64,000 nucleotides of DNA from contig CAZUFC010000025.1 of the NCBI GenBank assembly GCA_964619725.1, forward strand, positions 10,385 to 74,384. Direction: 5' to 3'. Numbering within the stretch: the first letter of the stretch is position 1; every line of letters begins with the position of its first letter. Shown piece by piece: positions 53,547 to 61,663 of this stretch. Source of the stretch: an uncultured bacterium. GTDB lineage: Bacteria; CSSED10-310; CAZUFC01. The translations under genes and the position numbers were made by a program. The notes beneath the pieces are model-generated. The model had not been told where the DNA came from. It saw only the letters and a list, made by a program, of their open reading frames with translations, and searched no databases.

Positions 53547-53882
53547 TTAATAATTCCTGGTAAAATAAACCGCCAGAAGCATCACGCTCAAACATATACT
53601 GCAGATCGTGAATATCCAGAAAAGAAGTTTCTCCTTTTTAACTCCCAGATCAATGATGAATGTCCTCAGTCCATACAGAGCGTGAAACACCACCAGCGGG
53701 ATCAATACAGTATCGATGAAGGCGTTGGCGTGAAGAACGATGGCCCAGTCCGGCTTCTGCTCTTTCGTCATGAGGAAAAAGGCCGTGATTACCTTCAGGC
53801 CGATCAATAAAATTAAAACAAGTCCTGAAATGCGATGAAAAACCCATACAAACATTGGAAATCTCCATTTTACCCCTCTCAT
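53547..53882 (-). CDS. sdhC: Succinate dehydrogenase cytochrome b membrane anchor (3 TM)
   Basis: WVFHRISG and FHALYGLR motifs. The start is 53882 or 53855; 53855 has a GGAG RBS. Confidence 0.85.
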   Translation of the reverse strand: MRGVKWRFPMFVWVFHRISGLVLILLIGLKVITAFFLMTKEQKPDWAIVLHANAFIDTVLIPLVVFHALYGLRTFIIDLGVKKEKLLFWIFTICSICLSVMLLAVYFTRNY

Positions 53883-54317
53883 TAAATTAGGAAAAGGCTT
53901 TTTTGTCAAGGAAAAAACAAGCACAGATATTTGGTCAAAGCTGGTCTTCTATTCATAGGGACGGCGCTTTTTCAAAATTTAACGGCTCACGGGAACTAAA
54001 ATAAAACGCCGTCTCTTACTTGGAAACGTTATTAATTCCTGATATAGTTTGGGCCGGTTATCGAGACTCTCTTTTTGCGATTGAAATATACGGCAGCGAC
54101 CGGAGATTAATATCGAATTCAACGCGGAAGCATCGTTCATGAGGGATATAATTTCTTGAGCATGATGCCGAGAGGGAAGTATGCGATTCATGGTCATTCG
54201 AGGAAATTTGCCGTAGAAGCATTGATCAGAAGGAGCATTCGAATGAGGGATATCTCGATAAACGTCCCGGCGGCGTGAGCGATTTTTTTGAATCGATCAG
54301 GTAGAAGGAGGAAGTAA

Positions 54318-55862
54318 GTGAGGGAAAAAAATTCAGAACTGCTGATAATGCGAAAAAAAGCGATGGAGGGCGGCGGAGCGGACAAAAAGGCGAAGCAGCA
54401 TGCTAAAGGGAAACTGACGGCCCGTGAGCGCATAGCCGTCCTGTTCGACGAGGGAACGTTTGAAGAGCTGGATATGTTCGTCACTCATGATTGCGTTGAT
54501 TTTGACATGGACAAGAAGAAGGTACTGACGGACGGAGTAGTAACCGGATATGGAAAGATCAACGGAAGAGATGCTTTCGTATTTTCGCAGGATTTCACGA
54601 TTTTCGGCGGCAGTTTGTCTCTTAGATACGCCATGAAAATCTGCAAGGTCATGGACATGGCGATGAAGGCCGGAGTACCGGTGATAGGGTTGAATGATTC
54701 GGGAGGAGCGAGGATTCAGGAGGGCGTGGCGAGCCTGGGAGGTTACGCTGAAATATTTTGGCGCAACACCATGGCCAGCGGCGTTATACCTCAGATTTCC
54801 GCGGTAATGGGTCCCTGCGCCGGCGGCGCGGTTTATTCTCCGGCCATAACCGATTTCATTTTCATGGTGGAGGAGAGCAGCTACATGTTCGTTACGGGGC
54901 CTAACGTGATCAAGACGGTTACGCACGAAGAGGTGACTTTTGAGGAGCTCGGAGGGGCTGCGGTTCATAATATTAAAAGCGGTGTGGCTCATTTTAAGGG
55001 AGAAAACGAGATTGAATGCATAAGAATGATACAGAAGCTTTTGACTTACATTCCGCAGAATAATCTGGAAACGCCGCCCGTGACGGCCTGCCATGACGAT
55101 CCGAACCGGGAAAACAAGGAGCTCAATAATTTCGTGCCCTCAAATCCTTTAAAGCCTTACGACATGAAGGAAATAATCCGGATCATAGTCGACGACGGCG
55201 ATTTTTTCGAAGTTCACGAACATTTTGCGAAGAATATAATCGTGGGATTCGGCCGGTTAGGCGGTCGTTCTGTCGGCATAGTAGCGCAGAATCCCGCTCA
55301 TTTAGCCGGAACGCTCGATATATCGTCGTCCATCAAGGGAGCGCGTTTCATAAGGTTCTGCGATGCCTTCAACATTCCGATCATTACTTTTGAGGATGTT
55401 CCGGGATTCTTGCCGGGAGTGGCGCAGGAGCACAACGGCATCATAGTGAACGGCGCTAAATTGTTGTATGCCTACTGCGAGGCTACTGTGCCGAGGTTGA
55501 CGGTAATCACCCGAAAGGCGTACGGCGGCGCTTATGATGTCATGAGCAGCAAGCATGTGAGGGGCGATTTCAATTTTGCCTGGCCGACCGCGGAAATAGC
55601 GGTGATGGGGCCTGAAGGCGCGGTCAATATCATCAATAAACGTGAAATTGAAGATGCTCCCGATCCTGACGGGAAGCGTGAGGAGCTGATTGCGGACTAC
55701 AGGGCACAGTTCGCTTCACCGTTCAAGGCGGCGGAAAGAGGCTACATAGACGACATAATACTTCCTTCGGAGACGCGTAAAAAGTTGATAAGGGCTTTAG
55801 AGCTTGTTGAACACAAGCGCGATAAAATTCCTGCGAAAAAGCACGGCAATATTCCTCTATAA
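54318..55862 (+). CDS. pccB: Acyl-CoA (propionyl-CoA) carboxylase carboxyltransferase subunit
   Basis: KGKLTARERI, DSGGARIQEG, GPCAGGAVYSP, DVPGFLPG, KKHGNIPL. Confidence 0.93.
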   Translation: MREKNSELLIMRKKAMEGGGADKKAKQHAKGKLTARERIAVLFDEGTFEELDMFVTHDCVDFDMDKKKVLTDGVVTGYGKINGRDAFVFSQDFTIFGGSLSLRYAMKICKVMDMAMKAGVPVIGLNDSGGARIQEGVASLGGYAEIFWRNTMASGVIPQISAVMGPCAGGAVYSPAITDFIFMVEESSYMFVTGPNVIKTVTHEEVTFEELGGAAVHNIKSGVAHFKGENEIECIRMIQKLLTYIPQNNLETPPVTACHDDPNRENKELNNFVPSNPLKPYDMKEIIRIIVDDGDFFEVHEHFAKNIIVGFGRLGGRSVGIVAQNPAHLAGTLDISSSIKGARFIRFCDAFNIPIITFEDVPGFLPGVAQEHNGIIVNGAKLLYAYCEATVPRLTVITRKAYGGAYDVMSSKHVRGDFNFAWPTAEIAVMGPEGAVNIINKREIEDAPDPDGKREELIADYRAQFASPFKAAERGYIDDIILPSETRKKLIRALELVEHKRDKIPAKKHGNIPL

Positions 55863-55921
55863 TTATCGGGGATTTTTTATTTAATATCCTGAAGAGATGA
55901 AACAACAGGAGCATCAGAATC

Positions 55922-57403
55922 ATGTTTCGTAAAATATTGATAGCAAACAGGGGAGAGATAGCGTGCAGGATCATGAGGGCCTGCCGGGCGTTGGATATAG
56001 GAACGGTGGCAGTTTACAGCGAAATCGACGCATACGCTCCTCATGCTGAACAGGCTGATGAGGCGTATTCTCTGGGTTCACCGGAACCTTCTGAAAGTTA
56101 TTTGAACGGCCAAAAGATCATTGAGGCGGCTTTGGAAGCCGGGGCAGAGGCGATACATCCCGGATACGGTTTTCTGTCGGAGAACAGTCAATTCGTGAAA
56201 ATGACCGAAGAGGCGGGACTGGTATTTATCGGGGCATCTTCAGAAGCAGTGGGCCTCATGGGCGACAAGATTTACGCCCGTAATCTGGCGGTTCGTGCGG
56301 GATTGCCGGTAATACCCGGACCGTTGAAGAGCCTGGGAACAATCGAAGAGATTACAGCCGCAGCTCAAGACGTAGGATATCCCTTATTATTAAAGGCTGC
56401 TTTCGGTGGCGGCGGAAAAGGCATGCGCGTGGTTCCGGGCGAAGAAGATTTGGAGCGGTTGTTCCGGGAGGCTACGAGCGAGGCGAAGCAGGCATTCGGC
56501 AATGGAACGCTTTTTGTGGAGAAGTATCTTACGGCCCCGCGTCATATCGAAGTCCAGATAATGGCTGATCATCATGGCAATGTGGTTTACCTGGGCGAGC
56601 GGGAATGTTCCATTCAGCGCCGTCATCAGAAACTGATTGAGGAAACGCCGTCGCCGGTCGTTGATGAGGAATTCAGGCGAAAACTCGGGGAAGCGGCCTG
56701 CAAGCTTGTTCGGGAGTCTGGTTATACCAATGCCGGCACGGTGGAATTCCTGGTGGACCAGGGTGAATTTTATTTTCTGGAGATGAACGCACGATTGCAG
56801 GTGGAGCATCCTGTAACGGAGATGGTGACGGGGATAGACCTGGTGAAGGAACAGATTCTGGCTGCGAGCGGCGAAAAGCTCTCTTTTGCTCAGGATCATG
56901 TGAAAATAAACGGGTCGGCAATTGAGTGCCGGATATATGCTGAAGACCCGGCGGCTAATTTTGCGCCATCGCCCGGTCGCATTGAACTGCTGGAATTGCC
57001 GCATGCGGAATACATCAGGAACGACATAGGCATCGAGGAAGGCAACAGGATTTCTCTTTATTACGATCCGCTCATCGCAAAACTGATCGTATGGGGAGAA
57101 AACAGAAAACAAGCCGTCGACAGAATGGAAAAAGCGCTCAAGGAGTACGTTATTATCGGACCGGCAACGACTATTCCATTCCATCTGCAGGTGATGCAGA
57201 ACAGCTTTTTTCGGAAAGGCGACATTTCGACCCGTTTCATAGACGAATATTTACTGTCGGAGATGGAATACGGAAACGACGAAAAGGCAGCCGCCCTGGC
57301 GGGACTGTTCTATTACCTGGAAAAAGAGGACCATTTCAAGCCGGAATATCAGCCCTCAACTCCCTGGAAAATCGCCGGCATCATAGAAGGAGCAGGAAAA
57401 TGA
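55922..57403 (+). CDS. Biotin carboxylase subunit
   Basis: ANRGEIA, HPGYGFLSEN, GGGGKGMR, RECSIQRRHQK, EMNARLQVEHPVTE. Confidence 0.95.
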   Translation: MFRKILIANRGEIACRIMRACRALDIGTVAVYSEIDAYAPHAEQADEAYSLGSPEPSESYLNGQKIIEAALEAGAEAIHPGYGFLSENSQFVKMTEEAGLVFIGASSEAVGLMGDKIYARNLAVRAGLPVIPGPLKSLGTIEEITAAAQDVGYPLLLKAAFGGGGKGMRVVPGEEDLERLFREATSEAKQAFGNGTLFVEKYLTAPRHIEVQIMADHHGNVVYLGERECSIQRRHQKLIEETPSPVVDEEFRRKLGEAACKLVRESGYTNAGTVEFLVDQGEFYFLEMNARLQVEHPVTEMVTGIDLVKEQILAASGEKLSFAQDHVKINGSAIECRIYAEDPAANFAPSPGRIELLELPHAEYIRNDIGIEEGNRISLYYDPLIAKLIVWGENRKQAVDRMEKALKEYVIIGPATTIPFHLQVMQNSFFRKGDISTRFIDEYLLSEMEYGNDEKAAALAGLFYYLEKEDHFKPEYQPSTPWKIAGIIEGAGK

Positions 57404-57903
57404 AACTGAAAGTCAGACTTTCGCAACAGGAATATGATGTAAACATCGTTCGTAATGAAAAGGGATATCTGATCAAATGCGGCGACCGGGAGTTTCCCGC
57501 CAGGATAGTCTCCAGAAGGTCCAATATGCTTGTCGTGGACATTAACGGGGTTCGTCATCATTTTGGAAAACAACGGAAGAAGCGTGAGGTTATATCTTTC
57601 CTGGAGGGATTGAATTATTCGACGGTCATAGAGGAACAACGGTTTACGGAACTGAAGCATATCGTGCGGCCTGCGCATAAAATGAAACTGGAGAAGGAGC
57701 TGGAAGCGCCCATTCCGGGACTGATAACCAGGATACTGGTTGAACCGGGACAGGAAGTGAAAAAAAATCAAAGCCTTTTAGTATTGATGGCCATGAAAAT
57801 GGAGAATGAGATAGGCGCTCCCATTGACGGAAAGATTAAAGATATTCACGTGGAGGAGGGCCAGGCTGTCGATAAAGGGGACATTTTAGTGAGGTTCGAA
57901 TAG
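57400..57903 (+). CDS. Biotin carboxyl carrier protein
   Basis: ATG 57400 (ATGA overlap). APIPG...AMKMEN. Confidence 0.9.
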   Translation: MKLKVRLSQQEYDVNIVRNEKGYLIKCGDREFPARIVSRRSNMLVVDINGVRHHFGKQRKKREVISFLEGLNYSTVIEEQRFTELKHIVRPAHKMKLEKELEAPIPGLITRILVEPGQEVKKNQSLLVLMAMKMENEIGAPIDGKIKDIHVEEGQAVDKGDILVRFE

Positions 57904-59553
57904 ATGAGTGAGTTAGACGACATTAAAAAGCAATATGAAGAGATGCTGGACGCTTCCAGGGATCGCAGGGAAAATTTCACTACTTCGTCCGGCATACCCC
58001 TGGAACCGCTTTACTGGCCGGAGCCCCTGAATGAAAAAGAGTATGCGGAAAGGACGGGGATACCCGGCAAAAAACCTTACACGCGGGGAATTCATCCCGG
58101 CATGTACAGGCAAAGATTATGGACGATGCGGCAATATTCAGGGTTCGGAAGCGCCGAGGAGACCAACTTGCGCTTCCGTAACCTGCTGGAAGCGGGACAA
58201 ACGGGTCTTTCCGTGGCTTTCGACCTGCCGACACAGATAGGATATGATTCCGATCATGAATTAAGCCGGGGCGAAGTCGGGAGAGTAGGTGTGGCGATCG
58301 ATACGCTGGAGGACATGGAAAGGTTGTTTCAAAACATACCCCTGGACCAGGTTAGCGTTTCCATGACGATCAATTCGACGGCGCCGATACTCCTGGCGCT
58401 GATAGTCTGCCTGGCAGAAAAGCAGGGAATATCCGCCGATAAGCTCAGGGGAACGGTCCAAAACGACATATTAAAAGAATATATCGCAAGGGGAACCTAC
58501 ATCTATCCGGTGAAACCGTCGCTGAGACTGGTAGTCGACATCATGAAATACTGCCGCGACAATATCCCCAAGTGGAACAGCATAAGCATCAGCGGATACC
58601 ACATTCGCGAAGCCGGCTCGACAGCCGCCCAGGAACTCGGTTTTACCTTCGCCAATGCAATATGCTATCTCGAAGAAGCCCGAAACCAGGGATTGAACCT
58701 GGAACGCATAGGCCGCAACATCTCCTTCTTCTTCAACGCACACAACAATTTCTTCGAGGAAACAGCGAAATTCCGGGCTGCCAGGCGCATCTGGACCAGG
58801 ATAATGAGCGAACGATTCGGGATAAAAGATGAGAAAGCGTGCAGGCTGCGCTTCCACACCCAGACAGCCGGCAGTTCCCTCTCGGCAGTCGAACCCGACA
58901 ACAACGTCGTTCGAGTCGCTCTGCAGGCCCTGGCGGCAGTCCTGGGAGGCACTCAATCGCTGCACACCAATTCAAAGGACGAAGCGCTGGCGCTGCCCAC
59001 GCAGGAATCAGCCACCCTGGCCCTGAGAACGCAACAGATCATAGCCTATGAAAGCGGCGCCGCCGACGTGGTTGATCCGCTGGGCGGCTCCTACCTGGTT
59101 GAAAAATTGACCGGTCAGGTCGAAAAAGCCGCATGGGAATACATTCAAGAAGTCGATAAAATGGGCGGCGCGGTCAAAGCCGTTCAGAAGAAATGGTTTC
59201 AATCGGAAATCGAACAGAGCGCCCATCAATACCAGAAAGGTCTGGAAAGCAAAGAAAACGTAGTGGTTGGAGTAAATAAATTCCGAATCCAGGAACAGAC
59301 AGGAATAGACGATTACAAAACATTGACCTTAGACCCCCAGGTACAGGAAAACCAGATCGCCAGGCTGAAAAAATATCGCTCCCAAAGAAATCAAAAAGAA
59401 ACTAAGGCGGCCCTGGACAAATTACAGAAGACCGCAACGCAGGAAAGCGCACATCTTATGCCCGATATCGTGGACTGCATAAAGGCGAAAGCCACCCTGG
59501 GAGAAATCTCTGATGCCTTAAGAAAGGTGTTCGGAACCTATGAAGCGAATTGA
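57904..59553 (+). CDS. Methylmalonyl-CoA mutase, substrate-binding (N-terminal domain) subunit
   Basis: PYTRG, TMRQYSGF, GLSVAFDLPTQ, QNDILKEYIARG, ISGYH, QSLHTN. No C-terminal DxHxxG B12 domain. Confidence 0.93.
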   Translation: MSELDDIKKQYEEMLDASRDRRENFTTSSGIPLEPLYWPEPLNEKEYAERTGIPGKKPYTRGIHPGMYRQRLWTMRQYSGFGSAEETNLRFRNLLEAGQTGLSVAFDLPTQIGYDSDHELSRGEVGRVGVAIDTLEDMERLFQNIPLDQVSVSMTINSTAPILLALIVCLAEKQGISADKLRGTVQNDILKEYIARGTYIYPVKPSLRLVVDIMKYCRDNIPKWNSISISGYHIREAGSTAAQELGFTFANAICYLEEARNQGLNLERIGRNISFFFNAHNNFFEETAKFRAARRIWTRIMSERFGIKDEKACRLRFHTQTAGSSLSAVEPDNNVVRVALQALAAVLGGTQSLHTNSKDEALALPTQESATLALRTQQIIAYESGAADVVDPLGGSYLVEKLTGQVEKAAWEYIQEVDKMGGAVKAVQKKWFQSEIEQSAHQYQKGLESKENVVVGVNKFRIQEQTGIDDYKTLTLDPQVQENQIARLKKYRSQRNQKETKAALDKLQKTATQESAHLMPDIVDCIKAKATLGEISDALRKVFGTYEAN

Positions 59554-59941
59554 TCACATCGGCATAGCCGTAAAAGATTTAGACAAAGCCCTGGAATTCT
59601 ATCAGAAAATACTGTCCGCCAAGCCCGATTGCATCGAAGAAGTAAGAGACATGAAAGTAAGAACCGCCAAATTCCGAGTGGGAGAATTAAGCATAGAACT
59701 GATAGAAAGCCTGGATGCCGAAGGAACGGTAGCCAGGTTCATAAAAAAAAGAGGCGAAGGAATTCATCACATCTGCCTGGAAGTGGAAGACATAGAAAAA
59801 GCGACAAACGAGCTGAAACGCAAAGGAATAAAACCCGTTTTTCCCGAAGCGAAACCTGGCAGCGAAGGAACGCTAATAAACTTCATTCCCCCCAAAAACG
59901 CTGCCGGGGTTTTGATAGAACTGGCGGAGCACCCGAAATGA
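59540..59941 (+). CDS. mce: Methylmalonyl-CoA epimerase
   Basis: IDHIGIAV, IELIE, GEGIHHIC, GVLIEL. Confidence 0.92.
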   Translation: MKRIDHIGIAVKDLDKALEFYQKILSAKPDCIEEVRDMKVRTAKFRVGELSIELIESLDAEGTVARFIKKRGEGIHHICLEVEDIEKATNELKRKGIKPVFPEAKPGSEGTLINFIPPKNAAGVLIELAEHPK

Positions 59942-60101
59942 AGCCGACGATCAGTTAATCGAACAGTTTTATTCTCAGAAGTAAGTTGTTTTTCCACGCA
60001 AGCATTCCTGATGACAAAGACGCTATTGTCTTCTATGTCTGGCGAGAAGGCGGGATTGCCGGTCAAAGATTTTAGGCTTCATATCCCATCAGAGAGGCGT
60101 A

Positions 60102-60425
60102 CTATAGAATCTCTTTGTCATTCCTTTTTTCAATATCTTTCCTGATGGACTGGGGGGCCCGCGCGCCGTCAAAAAGTCCAAAAACAAGGATATTGTTTCC
60201 CTCTAATTTGTAGTAGACTGCGTACGGGAATCGTCTAAGTAAACTCCTTCGAAATTGGCCATGCGCTTTTGAGTAAATCAACGGATTTCTCGCAATATTG
60301 CCTGCGCATGCATAAAACATCCTTAAGAATTCATCTCCAAGTCCACTTGCTTTCTCTTCATACCATCTGTATCCTGCCGCCGCATCATCCTCCACTTCAG
60401 GAAGAAAATGAAGGATATAGCTCAT
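60102..60425 (-). CDS. RelE/ParE-family type II toxin
   Basis: WYEE...GLG.EF...RR.LLRRFPY pattern; overlaps the antitoxin stop. Confidence 0.88.
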   Translation of the reverse strand: MSYILHFLPEVEDDAAAGYRWYEEKASGLGDEFLRMFYACAGNIARNPLIYSKAHGQFRRSLLRRFPYAVYYKLEGNNILVFGLFDGARAPQSIRKDIEKRNDKEIL

Positions 60426-60643
60426 TTACGTTTCTCCACTCTTCCTTGCAATTCTTTGAGAGACAAAAGGTTTCCCGGACTAGAATTATATTTTTTCAGT
60501 CTTCTGTCCAATTCCTTTTTATGGCTTTGCGGGACAGGCACGCTTGATTCTTCTCTTACAATGCTGTCCCATAAATCCTCTATAAGAAGTATCTTTTCGG
60601 GAATAGTTAATTCATCAATTCCATTGATTTCTGATACGCGCAC
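60422..60643 (-). CDS. Addiction-module antitoxin
   Basis: L...EKILLIEDLWDSI...ELDRR pattern; GTG start; directly upstream of the toxin. Confidence 0.85.
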   Translation of the reverse strand: MRVSEINGIDELTIPEKILLIEDLWDSIVREESSVPVPQSHKKELDRRLKKYNSSPGNLLSLKELQGRVEKRK

Positions 60644-60848
60644 TTTTTAGCCCCTTCTGTTTATTAAAATAATTGAATTTGTTGAACGCATCTTTCATGT
60701 TTCTCTCAACTTGATGCGTCAAACAAAAAAGCCGCCTGAAAAATGTGTAAAACATTAATGTCAAATTCAAAGCAATCTTCTCCCGGTTTTTTGAGAATCG
60801 ATGTTTATCATCCGTTGCTTGCCCTTCGCCTGCAACGATACTCGTTAG

Positions 60849-61047
60849 TTTTTGTCCATAAACGGTGAATTTTTCCAATACTGCGTCAGGCTGCGGATTT
60901 GCTCAGTCAACGTATAAGCGACGCCCCTGCCTCGCAAATCTTTACCATCCTTGTCTTAAGAAAAATTCGCTCGTTTATGGATCAAAAACCGCAGTGACTG
61001 TCCAGCATTAAATTTTGAATCGACAATCGAGTTTATGGACAGTCACT
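60849..61047. repeat. Palindromic, MITE/REP-like non-coding element
   Basis: Imperfect inverted repeat 60849-60874/60961-60988 and perfect 12-bp inverted repeat AGTGACTGTCCA(60993-61004)/TGGACAGTCACT(61036-61047). Confidence 0.55.
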
Positions 61048-61143
61048 CGTTAAGAAGAATATCAAAGAATTAAAGGATTTTCAATAATTCGGCGCCGCTG
61101 CCAGGACTTTTCTTTTTTGTTTGCGTTTATGAAACAACAACGG

Positions 61144-61206
61144 AAAGGACCAAAGGGACTTAAGGGACCAAAGGGGCCAAAGGGACCAAAGGGATTTAAG
61201 GGACAA
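61144..61206 (+). repeat. Tandem 9-mer repeat (AAGGGACCA-like, 7 copies)
   Basis: aaaggacca aagggactt aagggacca aaggggcca aagggacca aagggattt aagggacaa. Confidence 0.85.
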
Positions 61207-61371
61207 GGTTTTATTTTTAACGTCAGATTCTGGAAATCACGCCTCGCCAGTTTATTGAGATCGCATTAACCGTGCAGCAGTTTCAGCCGCATAGGTTAAA
61301 TTTACCCACGGTTCTTTCAAAAAAACGTTAATCCTCCCGCCAATCATCAATCCAACCTGACAATCGTCCCT

Positions 61372-61426
61372 TTCCAACTTTCCACCCATCCACCCATCCA
61401 ACGTTCCAATCTTCCCCCTTCCAACT
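61372..61426 (+). repeat. Degenerate tandem 8-mer repeat (TTCCAACC-like, about 7 copies)
   Basis: ttccaact ttccaccc atccaccc atccaacg ttccaatc ttccccc ttccaact. Confidence 0.7.
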
Positions 61427-61663
61427 GCCATCCCTGTAGCTCATCCAGGAGCATTCGCGACCAGCGCTTTAAAAATTTTTCCCGATGTTTTATATTTTCA
61501 AAGAATATAAACGCGAGTGCGGGAGAAACAATCATGCTGGAAATTCAGAACTCTTGACATACCCTAGTCAACCAATTGATTTTAATAGATTTTTACTCTC
61601 ACTAAATCGGCAAAATTATTGTGAAATATTTTTGGATTTCACGACAAGCAATATTGATATGAT

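Noticed and set aside
61144-61426. CRISPR array
   Set aside because: Units are 8-9 nt, contiguous and have no spacers; no cas genes.
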